Assembly (NCBI GenBank): GCA_017416325.1
Contig: JAFQCV010000006.1
Coordinates: 72,844-136,843 of the forward strand
Reading direction: 5' to 3'
DNA length: 64,000 nucleotides
From: Oscillospiraceae bacterium
GTDB lineage: Bacteria > Bacillota > Clostridia > Oscillospirales > Oscillospiraceae
In this document: one piece after another, positions 8,509-16,531 of the stretch
How the letters are laid out: each line of letters opens with the position of its first letter
How positions within the stretch are numbered: the stretch's first letter is position 1
Notes under the pieces: model-generated
What the model was told of the DNA's origin: nothing
What the model saw: only the letters and a program-made list of their open reading frames with translations
Databases searched by the model: none
Translations under genes and position numbers: made by a program

Positions 8509-11187
8509 ATGGCAGGGAAAAAGACTTCGACCCAGGCGCAAAAAGCTGCGGCAGCGAAGAAAAAGAACAGGTCTAAAACTGCTGCGGACACTAAGAAAAA
8601 TTCAACAAACAGTAAAGCGGCTTCTCAAACCAGAGTACCGGTGCGTGCAATCACATCGTTGGTCTGCGCCGGTCTCTTTATCCTGTTTTTGGTGATTTTC
8701 TTTGAACCGGAGGGTGCGGCTGTTCGCCTGATTCAGAATATCATTTTGGGTATTGTGGGTAAGGTGAGTTTCTATGTAGCGATCCCCGGACTGCTTTACT
8801 TATTTGTCATTCAGGCGTTCAGTGGCAAGCGTCCGATCAAGCTGCGCAGCATTTGTATGATCGTTTTCATTCTGCTATGCGGTGTTATCTCACAGCTTGG
8901 CATGATCAGCGGAGAAAATCTGCCCTCCGGTGGCGCGTTATTGGTTGCCCTTTGGAAGGGCGGCGCGGCCGGAACCACAGCGGGTGTGCTCTGTGGCAGC
9001 ATTTCTTTGTTCCTGCACTGGTTGCTTGGTACTGCGATTTCGTACATTATTTTGGTGATTGCGGCTGTGCTGACATTGCTGGCAGCATTTCAAATCACGA
9101 TTCCCAGCATTGTTCGTGCCATTCAGAACCGTCCCAGAGCAGATTGGGAGGATGAGGTAGAAGAGAGACAGGAGCCTGCTGCGGTGGTTGTAAACCATCT
9201 GGCAAACAAGCGGATCGCTTATGTAGAACAAAAGCGCCGCCGGCAAGAAGAACAGCTGGAGCTGGACATGGATCTTGTGGAAGAAACGCCTGCTCCTGCT
9301 GTAAGAAAGTCCCCAAAGCCCAGCAACTCCGATTTTATGCGCCATATTGACACGGATGTTGCAACTCCCGTTGCTGCAGCCGGAAAGGCGGTTACAGAGG
9401 ATGTGGACATTGATATCTTGATTCCTCAGCCTAAGGCTGTGAATCCTGCGCCGAAGCAGGCACCGATACCTCCGGTAATGCCTTCTTTCGAGAAGGATGA
9501 GCCCATTCCCGAAGCGCCGATTTTTGAGGAATCTCCCATTGTTGCGCAGCCCGTCCAGCCGGATGTGCCGGTGGAGATCCCGGGGAAAGTGACTGCCAAA
9601 CAGGCGCAGGAGTCTGCCGCGCAGGTTGCCGCAGAGATCGCCCAGGCAGCAACACAGGTCAAGCAGGAGTATCGGTTCCCGCCCATTGATCTTTTAACTG
9701 CGCCCAGTCGCGGTGTGCAGGACGGCACTATGGAGATGCGCGAAAATACCCGCCGTCTGAACGAAACACTGGCAAGCTTTAAGATCGATGCCCACATTAT
9801 CAATGTTACCCGTGGACCTAGCGTGACCCGCTATGAGGTGGAACTGGACAAAGGTGTACGGCTGAACAAGCTGACTACCTGCGCTGACGATATTGCGCTG
9901 AGCCTAGGCGCGTCCGGTGTCCGCATTGCGGCAGTTCCCGGAAAGATTTCCGTTGTGGGTATTGAAGTGCCCAATAGATCTGTTACCACGGTCTCCCTGC
10001 GTGAGGTGATCGATTCTTACGAGTTCAGCCGATCCAAGTCCAAGGCGACCTTTGCGGTTGGCAAGGATATTGGCGGTTCGTGTATCGTTGGCAATATTGC
10101 AAAGCTGCCTCATATGCTGATTGCAGGCACAACAGGCTCGGGTAAGTCTGTTTGTATGAACTCTTTGATCATAAGCTTACTTTATAAGGCTAGTCCGGAA
10201 GATGTCAAGCTGATTATGGTCGATCCTAAGATGGTGGAACTGGGTATCTACAACAGTATTCCCCACCTGTTGATTCCGGTTGTGACCGATCCTAAGAAGG
10301 CTGCCGGCGCGCTGCAGTGGGCTGTAACAGAAATGATGCGCCGCTACGAAACTATGCGGGATGCCGGTGTCCGGGATCTGGACTCTTTCAACAGCATGGT
10401 GGAAACCGGTGAGATCGAGAAGGACCGTCTGCCGAGAGTGGTCGTGATTATTGATGAGCTTGCGGATTTGATGCTGGTTGCCGCTAAGGAAGTGGAAGAA
10501 TCCATTTGCCGTATCGCGCAGATGGGCCGTGCAGCCGGCGTACATTTGGTGATTGCCACCCAGAGACCCTCTGCGGATGTTATCACAGGCTTGATGAAGG
10601 CCAACATTCCTTCCCGTATTGCTTTCGCGGTTGCATCCGCAATGGAATCGCGCATCATTCTGGATAACCAAGGCGCTGAAAAACTGGTAGGCAAGGGTGA
10701 CATGCTCTATGCGCCCATTGGTGCCGGTAAGCCTGTTCGTGTTCAGGGTTGTTTTGTTAGTGATTCTGAGGTGGAAGCGGTTGCTTCTTTTGTCAAAGAA
10801 AACTTTGATACGAATTATGACCAGAATATTATGGAGGAGATCGAGCGTAAGGCCGTTCAGGCGGACAGCAAGGCTTCCGGAACCGATGCGCAGCCTAATT
10901 CCGAGGAGTTGGATGGCGATGAAATGCTGCCTGCTGCAGTGGATGTGATTCTGGAAACCGGTCAGGCTTCCGTATCTATGCTCCAGCGGCGTTTAAAACT
11001 GGGCTATGCCCGTGCCGCGCGGATCGTGGATGAAATGGAGGAAAAGGGCATTGTCGGTCCGTTCCAGGGCAGTAAGCCCCGTACCATTCTGATTACCAAG
11101 GAGCAGTGGCAGGCTATGCGCTCCGGTCAGCCTGCCCAGATGAATTTTGGTGACTTGGAGGACACTTACACCGGAGATATGGAGTGA
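8509..11187 (+). CDS. ftsK: DNA translocase FtsK/SpoIIIE
   Basis: N-terminal TM segments, Pro-rich linker, GTTGSGKS Walker A, IIDELADLM, ATQRPS, gamma domain LQRRLKLGYARAARIVD. ATG 8509 after GGAGG. Confidence 0.95.
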   Translation: MAGKKTSTQAQKAAAAKKKNRSKTAADTKKNSTNSKAASQTRVPVRAITSLVCAGLFILFLVIFFEPEGAAVRLIQNIILGIVGKVSFYVAIPGLLYLFVIQAFSGKRPIKLRSICMIVFILLCGVISQLGMISGENLPSGGALLVALWKGGAAGTTAGVLCGSISLFLHWLLGTAISYIILVIAAVLTLLAAFQITIPSIVRAIQNRPRADWEDEVEERQEPAAVVVNHLANKRIAYVEQKRRRQEEQLELDMDLVEETPAPAVRKSPKPSNSDFMRHIDTDVATPVAAAGKAVTEDVDIDILIPQPKAVNPAPKQAPIPPVMPSFEKDEPIPEAPIFEESPIVAQPVQPDVPVEIPGKVTAKQAQESAAQVAAEIAQAATQVKQEYRFPPIDLLTAPSRGVQDGTMEMRENTRRLNETLASFKIDAHIINVTRGPSVTRYEVELDKGVRLNKLTTCADDIALSLGASGVRIAAVPGKISVVGIEVPNRSVTTVSLREVIDSYEFSRSKSKATFAVGKDIGGSCIVGNIAKLPHMLIAGTTGSGKSVCMNSLIISLLYKASPEDVKLIMVDPKMVELGIYNSIPHLLIPVVTDPKKAAGALQWAVTEMMRRYETMRDAGVRDLDSFNSMVETGEIEKDRLPRVVVIIDELADLMLVAAKEVEESICRIAQMGRAAGVHLVIATQRPSADVITGLMKANIPSRIAFAVASAMESRIILDNQGAEKLVGKGDMLYAPIGAGKPVRVQGCFVSDSEVEAVASFVKENFDTNYDQNIMEEIERKAVQADSKASGTDAQPNSEELDGDEMLPAAVDVILETGQASVSMLQRRLKLGYARAARIVDEMEEKGIVGPFQGSKPRTILITKEQWQAMRSGQPAQMNFGDLEDTYTGDME

Positions 11188-11258
11188 TCTGTAGCGGATT
11201 GCCGCTGTAGATAAATATTTTGCATCCCATCCGGACTGCCGGAGGGACAGCAAGGAGG
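11187..11258 (+). promoter_or_regulatory. putative tandem-hairpin 5' leader of the ECF S-component gene
   Basis: Two stems (11187-11212 and 11220-11253); the second ends at the AGGAGG RBS (11253-11258). Confidence 0.4.
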
Positions 11259-11264
11259 AAAATC

Positions 11265-11855
11265 ATGAACAAATCAAACCCAAAGAGTGTTAACACACAC
11301 CAACTTGTACTGTTGGCCATTCTCTCAGCAATCGTAGCGGTGCTTGCTTATTACGGAGGATTCATTAAAATCGGCGGTCTCGCTTCGATTTCACTCACGT
11401 TGATTCCTGTAGTAATTGGCGCTACTTTGTGCGGACCGGTTGCAGGGGCATTACTCGGCGGCGTAGCCGGTGTCATGTTCTTCGCAACACCGGATGCTGC
11501 ATATTGGCTGGGTCTGAGCATACCGGGAACGATTATAACGGTGATGGTTAAGGGTATTCTTTCAGGATTGTGTGCGGGCCTTGTCTTCAAATTGCTTGAA
11601 AAATTTAATCGCTATCTTGCTGTTGTCGTTAGCGCGATCGTCTGCCCTGTTGTAAATACGGGAATCTTCCTTTTGGGTTCTCTGGTGTTCTTTATGGATG
11701 CGGTCAGCAGCGGCGCTGCAGGGGAGGGCGTATCCATTGGAATGTATCTTATTGTATTCTTTGTTGGCTTAAATTTCGTTTTTGAACTCATTGCGAATAT
11801 TGCTGTTAGCCCGGCAATGGTAAGGATACTGGATATAACGAAGAAAAAAAGATAA
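11265..11855 (+). CDS. ECF transporter S component (PanT-like, possibly pantothenate)
   Basis: ~196 aa, six hydrophobic helices; LTLIPVVIGA...GP..GA.LG and V.P.VNT.IF patterns typical of PanT-type S components. Confidence 0.75.
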   Translation: MNKSNPKSVNTHQLVLLAILSAIVAVLAYYGGFIKIGGLASISLTLIPVVIGATLCGPVAGALLGGVAGVMFFATPDAAYWLGLSIPGTIITVMVKGILSGLCAGLVFKLLEKFNRYLAVVVSAIVCPVVNTGIFLLGSLVFFMDAVSSGAAGEGVSIGMYLIVFFVGLNFVFELIANIAVSPAMVRILDITKKKR

Positions 11856-11876
11856 TAGTACATGTAAATTACTGCC

Positions 11877-11906
11877 ACCGGCACGGTATTTCGTGCCGGT
11901 TTTTTT
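11877..11906 (+). terminator. intrinsic terminator
   Basis: accggcacg-(loop)-cgtgccggt followed by a T run. Confidence 0.75.
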
Positions 11907-11909
11907 ATG

Positions 11910-11938
11910 TTCTGAATGAGTCACTCAGCACATATACT
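11910..11938 (+). promoter_or_regulatory. putative sigma-E promoter of the spoIIIA operon
   Basis: -10 CATATACT at 11931-11938 fits CATAnnnT; weak -35 TTCTGAA. spoIIIA is sigma-E dependent in Bacillus and Clostridia. Confidence 0.45.
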
Positions 11939-11956
11939 TGCGTAGGAGTGATGCAA

Positions 11957-12793
11957 ATGAATTGTGCCTGGGATGCGTTTCTATCTCTGCTGCCGCAAGA
12001 TATGCGCCACGAGGTAAATAAACAGGGAGCAAAATCGTTGCAGGAATTGCGGCTTCGCCTGGGACAACCTGTGGAAATGGTTCTCAACGGTAAAAGTACC
12101 TGGCTTTCCCGGAAAGCCAGGCCGGAAGACCTTTCGTTTGTGGTAAATTCTGCCAGCCGTTATTCTCCGTGGTCTGCATCCACAGCCGCCCAGGGGTATA
12201 TTACGGCAACCGGAGGTCATCGGGTGGGAATTTGCGGTGTATGCGTGATCCAAAACGGCATTATGACAGGTATCAGTAAGGTGACATCCTTGTGTATTCG
12301 TGTGGCAAAGGACTTTCCTGGCATCGGGAACGGGTGCGATCTGTCCGGTTCCGTGTTAATTCTGGGACCGCCGGGGAGCGGAAAAACAACCCTCTTACGG
12401 GATCTGATCCGTAGGAGAGCGGATGCTGCATGGGGAAGTGTCGCGGTAGTGGACGAGCGTGGGGAGCTGTTTCCTGTTGGCGCTGATTTTTATAAAGAAT
12501 GCCGGACGGATGTGCTGACAGGCTGCGGCAAGGCTCACGGCATTGAAACAGCCCTACGCACCATGGGACCGACGGTGATTGCTGTGGATGAGATCACGGC
12601 AAAAACAGACTGCGACGCGCTTATGCACGCGGCTTGGTGCGGTGTGGATCTAATGGCAACAGCCCATGCAGCCAGTATTCAGGATCTTCTGCAAAGACCA
12701 ATATACAGACCTCTGGCGGAGTCTGGTTTATTTCAAACAGTGTTGATTTTGAACCGGGACAAGTCTTGGCGCAGGGAAAGGGTGAGACTATGA
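11957..12793 (+). CDS. spoIIIAA: stage III sporulation protein AA (ATPase)
   Basis: ELRLRLG.P, QGYIT..GGHRVG.CG, GPPGSGKTTLLRD, VDERGE, DEI, ATAH; first gene of the eight-gene operon. Confidence 0.93.
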   Translation: MNCAWDAFLSLLPQDMRHEVNKQGAKSLQELRLRLGQPVEMVLNGKSTWLSRKARPEDLSFVVNSASRYSPWSASTAAQGYITATGGHRVGICGVCVIQNGIMTGISKVTSLCIRVAKDFPGIGNGCDLSGSVLILGPPGSGKTTLLRDLIRRRADAAWGSVAVVDERGELFPVGADFYKECRTDVLTGCGKAHGIETALRTMGPTVIAVDEITAKTDCDALMHAAWCGVDLMATAHAASIQDLLQRPIYRPLAESGLFQTVLILNRDKSWRRERVRL

Positions 12794-13302
12794 GTGTGAA
12801 ATGGATAGGCGCAGCACTGACAGTAGCAGCTTGCGGTTGGTTTGGCTATTTAGCTGTAAATGCCTATAAGCGTCAGGAGTCGTACTTACAGCAACTTTCT
12901 CAAATACTCGCATACATGGCTTGGGAACTGGAGTACCGTTTGACACCGCTGCCGGAACTGTGCCGAAAGGCAGCGCAGCAATCCAAATCACCCCTAGGGC
13001 AGTTCTTTGTTCAGTTAGCCCAGGAACTGGATGGGCAGGCAGCCCCGGAAGTAGCCCCCTGTATGTCGATTTTACTAAGCAAAAGTGGCGATATTCCCCA
13101 ATTGACAGGAAAAGCATTGGAATTACTGGGGGAATCCTTGGGGCAATACGATCTTTCCGGGCAATTAAAGGGTTTGGAGGCGGTTGAAAAATACTGCAAG
13201 CACGAACTGGAAAAATTGAGTTATCATCGGGAGGAACGTCTGCGCGGTTATCAGGTGTTGGGACTTTGTGCCGGAACAGCGCTGGCGATATTGTTAATTT
13301 AG
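12790..13302 (+). CDS. spoIIIAB: stage III sporulation protein AB
   Basis: KWIGA..., E.EY..TPL, LG..D...Q and C-terminal LG...G....ILLI; ATGA overlap with spoIIIAA. Confidence 0.85.
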   Translation: MSVKWIGAALTVAACGWFGYLAVNAYKRQESYLQQLSQILAYMAWELEYRLTPLPELCRKAAQQSKSPLGQFFVQLAQELDGQAAPEVAPCMSILLSKSGDIPQLTGKALELLGESLGQYDLSGQLKGLEAVEKYCKHELEKLSYHREERLRGYQVLGLCAGTALAILLI

Positions 13303-13305
13303 CTT

Positions 13306-13500
13306 ATGGATATTGATCTTATTTTTAAAATTGCCGCAGTGGGTATCATCGTTTCGATTTTAAATCAGGTTCTTTCCAGGTCAGGAAGGGACGAGCAGGC
13401 AACGATGACGACCCTTGCGGGTTTGGTCGTTGTTTTGATGATGCTGGCGCAGCGGATCGCGGATCTGTTTGCGCTGGTTAAAACCCTCTTTCAATTCTGA
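13306..13500 (+). CDS. spoIIIAC: stage III sporulation protein AC
   Basis: MDIDLIFKIAAVGIIVSILNQVLSRSGRDEQA..TTLAG, the classic 64-aa sequence. Confidence 0.95.
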   Translation: MDIDLIFKIAAVGIIVSILNQVLSRSGRDEQATMTTLAGLVVVLMMLAQRIADLFALVKTLFQF

Positions 13501-13895
13501 TGAGTAGCTTTTTTCAAGTCGCCGGTGGCGTGCTGCTATCCGTTATTTTAGGGCTTACCCTGAGTAAATACGGAAAAGATTTTTCTGTGGTTTTAATTTT
13601 GCTGGTCAGCTGTATGGTGTTGGCAGTGATGGCAGCCTATTTGGAACCGATCATCGATTTTGTGGGGGAGCTACTTCGCTTGAGTGAACTGCAGAATGAG
13701 TTGTTAACACCGGTTTTGAAGGCGACCGCAATCGGTATTGTTGCAGAGATTGCAAGCTTGATTTGCACAGATTCCGGGAATGCTGCATTAGGGAAAAGTA
13801 TTCAGCTTCTGGCTGTGGCTGTGATCCTTTGGCTTGCGCTGCCGCTGCTTCGTTCTCTGCTGGAACTGATGCAAAGGATGTTGGGGAATATATGA
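13500..13895 (+). CDS. spoIIIAD: stage III sporulation protein AD
   Basis: LKA..IG..AE....IC.DSG..ALG..I motif; operon position. Confidence 0.9.
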   Translation: MSSFFQVAGGVLLSVILGLTLSKYGKDFSVVLILLVSCMVLAVMAAYLEPIIDFVGELLRLSELQNELLTPVLKATAIGIVAEIASLICTDSGNAALGKSIQLLAVAVILWLALPLLRSLLELMQRMLGNI

Positions 13896-14932
13896 GAAGA
13901 GTGTTGATATTGCTGGTAATCATCCACGCTTTGCTCGTGCCTGTCTCAGCTATGGAGTTTACAGCGCCTGAGGCACCGGATGAAGCCCAGGATCTGATGC
14001 CCCCACAGACGGAAACTTTTGGTGAGGGCCTTTGGAAGGTTATAAGTGCGGCAATAGACAAGCTTCAGCCGCAGATATCCAAGTCCGGTAAGACTTGCAT
14101 TATGTTGATTTCGGTTGCGCTTCTGGTGTCTATTTTGCAGCAGATTCCCACTGAAAAGAATGGTATTGTTGAATTTGCCGGGTGTATAGCAGTCGGGGTT
14201 ATGCTTTTGGACAGCGCGGGAAGCATGATCCAAGCTGCGGTAGATACCATTAATTCCCTGAGCGAATATGGGAAGATGTTTCTTCCTGTTATGGCCGGAG
14301 CGCAGGCCGCGCAAGGTGGGCTGGCCTCTTCCGCAGCGTTATATACCGGCACAATGGTATTTGATGCGATCTTGGGAAAAGCGGTTTCTGTGTGGATGAT
14401 TCCCTTGGTATACATGTATTTAGCTTTATCGGTTGCCGGTTGCGCTATGGGAGAAGACCTGTTAAAGCGGATCCGGGATCTGATTAAGTGGCTGATTACC
14501 TGGTGCCTGAAAAACGGACTTTACATATTTACCGGTTATCTGAGCATCACAGGCGTAGTCAGCGGTGCGACAGATGCAGCAAAACTCAAGGCGGCTAAGT
14601 TAACGATTTCTTCTGCAGTGCCGGTAGTTGGCGGAATTCTATCTGACGCCTCAGAGGCTGTCCTGGTAGGCGCGGGGATGATGAAAAATGCAGCAGGGAT
14701 ATATGGTATGCTTACGATTGCGGCAATATGGATATCTCCTTTTTTGCAAATCGGCATCCAGTACTTGATGTTAAAGATTTCCGGAGCCTTATGCGCCATG
14801 TTAGATGCCAAACGGGTCAGCTCACTGATAGACAGTTTTTCGACAGCAATGGGATTTTTATTGGGCATGACGGGGATCATGTGCATTTTGCTGCTGATCA
14901 GTACGGTTTGTTTTATGAAAGGGGTGGGATAA
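13892..14932 (+). CDS. spoIIIAE: stage III sporulation protein AE
   Basis: Polytopic membrane protein with VPVVGGILSDA.E.V.......KNA.G motif; ATG 13892. Confidence 0.9.
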   Translation: MRRVLILLVIIHALLVPVSAMEFTAPEAPDEAQDLMPPQTETFGEGLWKVISAAIDKLQPQISKSGKTCIMLISVALLVSILQQIPTEKNGIVEFAGCIAVGVMLLDSAGSMIQAAVDTINSLSEYGKMFLPVMAGAQAAQGGLASSAALYTGTMVFDAILGKAVSVWMIPLVYMYLALSVAGCAMGEDLLKRIRDLIKWLITWCLKNGLYIFTGYLSITGVVSGATDAAKLKAAKLTISSAVPVVGGILSDASEAVLVGAGMMKNAAGIYGMLTIAAIWISPFLQIGIQYLMLKISGALCAMLDAKRVSSLIDSFSTAMGFLLGMTGIMCILLLISTVCFMKGVG

Positions 14933-15408
14933 TGGAATCAGTACGGGAATACCTGCTTGGAGTTACCACAGCTGCGCTGTGCTGTGGTATTCTAACCACA
15001 ATTCTCGGAAAAAAGGGGATGTGTGGGAGTACAGTAAAATTCCTTTGCGGTATTGTGATGATCCTGGCAGTAGTTAGCCCCTTATTGAATTTACAGTTGA
15101 GTAATTTACAGGGTGCATTTCATGACCTTTCTTTGGAAACAGGAGCGGTCACAGCTTTTGGTCAGGAAACAGCATTAAAAGAATACGCCGATATCATAAA
15201 GGGCAGGACGGCAGCATATATCTTGGACAAAGCGGAAAGTCTGGGGGCGGAGCTGACGGTGGAGGTGACATTATGTGATGAAGAGCCGTTGGCTCCCTGT
15301 GGGGTAAAACTCAGTGGAGCCATATCCCCCTATGCAAAGAAGGTTCTGTCCGATACCATTGTCAGAGATCTGGGGATTGATGCGGAGGAACAAATATGGA
15401 CTGGTTAG
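14932..15408 (+). CDS. spoIIIAF: stage III sporulation protein AF
   Basis: Two N-terminal TM helices (KF..GI..IL.V.SP); operon position; ATG overlaps the AE stop. Confidence 0.8.
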   Translation: MESVREYLLGVTTAALCCGILTTILGKKGMCGSTVKFLCGIVMILAVVSPLLNLQLSNLQGAFHDLSLETGAVTAFGQETALKEYADIIKGRTAAYILDKAESLGAELTVEVTLCDEEPLAPCGVKLSGAISPYAKKVLSDTIVRDLGIDAEEQIWTG

Positions 15409-15890
15409 CTTTAAAAGATAAATCGCAGCAGTGGATAGGGAAATACCGATATGTGATCATCGTGCTTTTGGCAGGTATTGTTCTTATGCTGCTGCCATCA
15501 AGACAGGAAAAAGTAACGAAAACCCAGATAACAACAGAGCCTACGGTACAAAAACAGGACGTTCAAAAAGAACTTACGCAAATTTTGACACAAATTGATG
15601 GGGTGGGGGATGTCCGAGTCATGTTGACCATTGCATCCGGAGAAGAAGCTGTCTATCAAACTGACACAGAGACTACGGGTGATACCTGCCGCATAGATAC
15701 GGTAATTGTGACAGACTCAGACAGAAAGGAACAAGGGTTGATTCAAAAGTTAAACCCTCCCAAGTATATGGGGGCAATTGTTGTTTGTAAAGGTGCCGGA
15801 AATGCAGCAGTAAAGCTTGCTGTTGTGGAGGCGGTAACCCGTGTTACCGGCTTGGGCGCGGATCAAATATCTGTTTTGAAAATGAAATGA
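15396..15890 (+). CDS. spoIIIAG: stage III sporulation protein AG
   Basis: L..IL..IDGVG.V.VMLT, P...GAIVVC.GA....VK..V.EAV....G....I.V.KMK. Confidence 0.92.
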   Translation: MDWLALKDKSQQWIGKYRYVIIVLLAGIVLMLLPSRQEKVTKTQITTEPTVQKQDVQKELTQILTQIDGVGDVRVMLTIASGEEAVYQTDTETTGDTCRIDTVIVTDSDRKEQGLIQKLNPPKYMGAIVVCKGAGNAAVKLAVVEAVTRVTGLGADQISVLKMK

Positions 15891-15905
15891 ACGGAGGTCT
15901 CATTT

Positions 15906-16466
15906 ATGAAGAACTGGAAAAACTGGAAGAAAAATTTGACAGCAGCCGGGGTGCTGTTTGTTGTCTGCGTGGGTATCTACATGAACTGGATGTATACAAA
16001 GGATGAGCAGGTAGCCAATTTGACGGATAAACTGGATTCCGACAAGCTGCTTTCGGAAGCCGGACTTGTGCTGGATTCTGAGAATGTGCAGGACGTGGAT
16101 AATCCGGAGAATACGCTCACAGATTATTTTGCTGCCGTACGCCTGTCCAGACAGGAGGCCAGAGATAATGCAGTTGGGCTGCTTCAGGAGGCGATGGCTT
16201 ACGGGGACAGCGAACAGGCGGCACAGTCCGGCGTTCAGCTGGAGCAGCTAATCCAGACCGGACTTTGTGAAGCGCAGATCGAAAGCTTGATCATTGCCAA
16301 GGGCTATGTAGACTGCGTTGCCTATATGTCTGAGGATGGGATTTCTGTTGCGGTAGCGACCCCGGAGGGTGGCCTGCAGCAAGCGGATGTCGCCGTCATT
16401 GCAGATATTGTAATGACACAAACGGATTATTCCATTGGCCAAATTCGCGTGGTAGAGGTTCTGTAA
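15906..16466 (+). CDS. spoIIIAH: stage III sporulation protein AH
   Basis: N-terminal TM, DYFA..RL.R...R, E..IE.LI.AKGY.DCV. Confidence 0.9.
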   Translation: MKNWKNWKKNLTAAGVLFVVCVGIYMNWMYTKDEQVANLTDKLDSDKLLSEAGLVLDSENVQDVDNPENTLTDYFAAVRLSRQEARDNAVGLLQEAMAYGDSEQAAQSGVQLEQLIQTGLCEAQIESLIIAKGYVDCVAYMSEDGISVAVATPEGGLQQADVAVIADIVMTQTDYSIGQIRVVEVL

Positions 16467-16481
16467 GATACTAAAATAGGG

Positions 16482-16520
16482 AAATGCCCCACAAGAGTAA
16501 TTAGCTCTTGTGGGGCATTT
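16482..16520. terminator. bidirectional terminator between spoIIIAH and the DUF4838-like gene
   Basis: aaatgccccacaagag-(taattag)-ctcttgtggggcattt. Confidence 0.8.
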
Positions 16521-16531
16521 GACGCAAAAAA

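Noticed and set aside
11873-11883. tgcc-acc-ggca resembling the CC-ACC-GG cap of the tRNA-associated element
   Set aside because: Only a 4-bp stem, overlaps an ordinary terminator, and lacks the GAAA/GTGG linkers.
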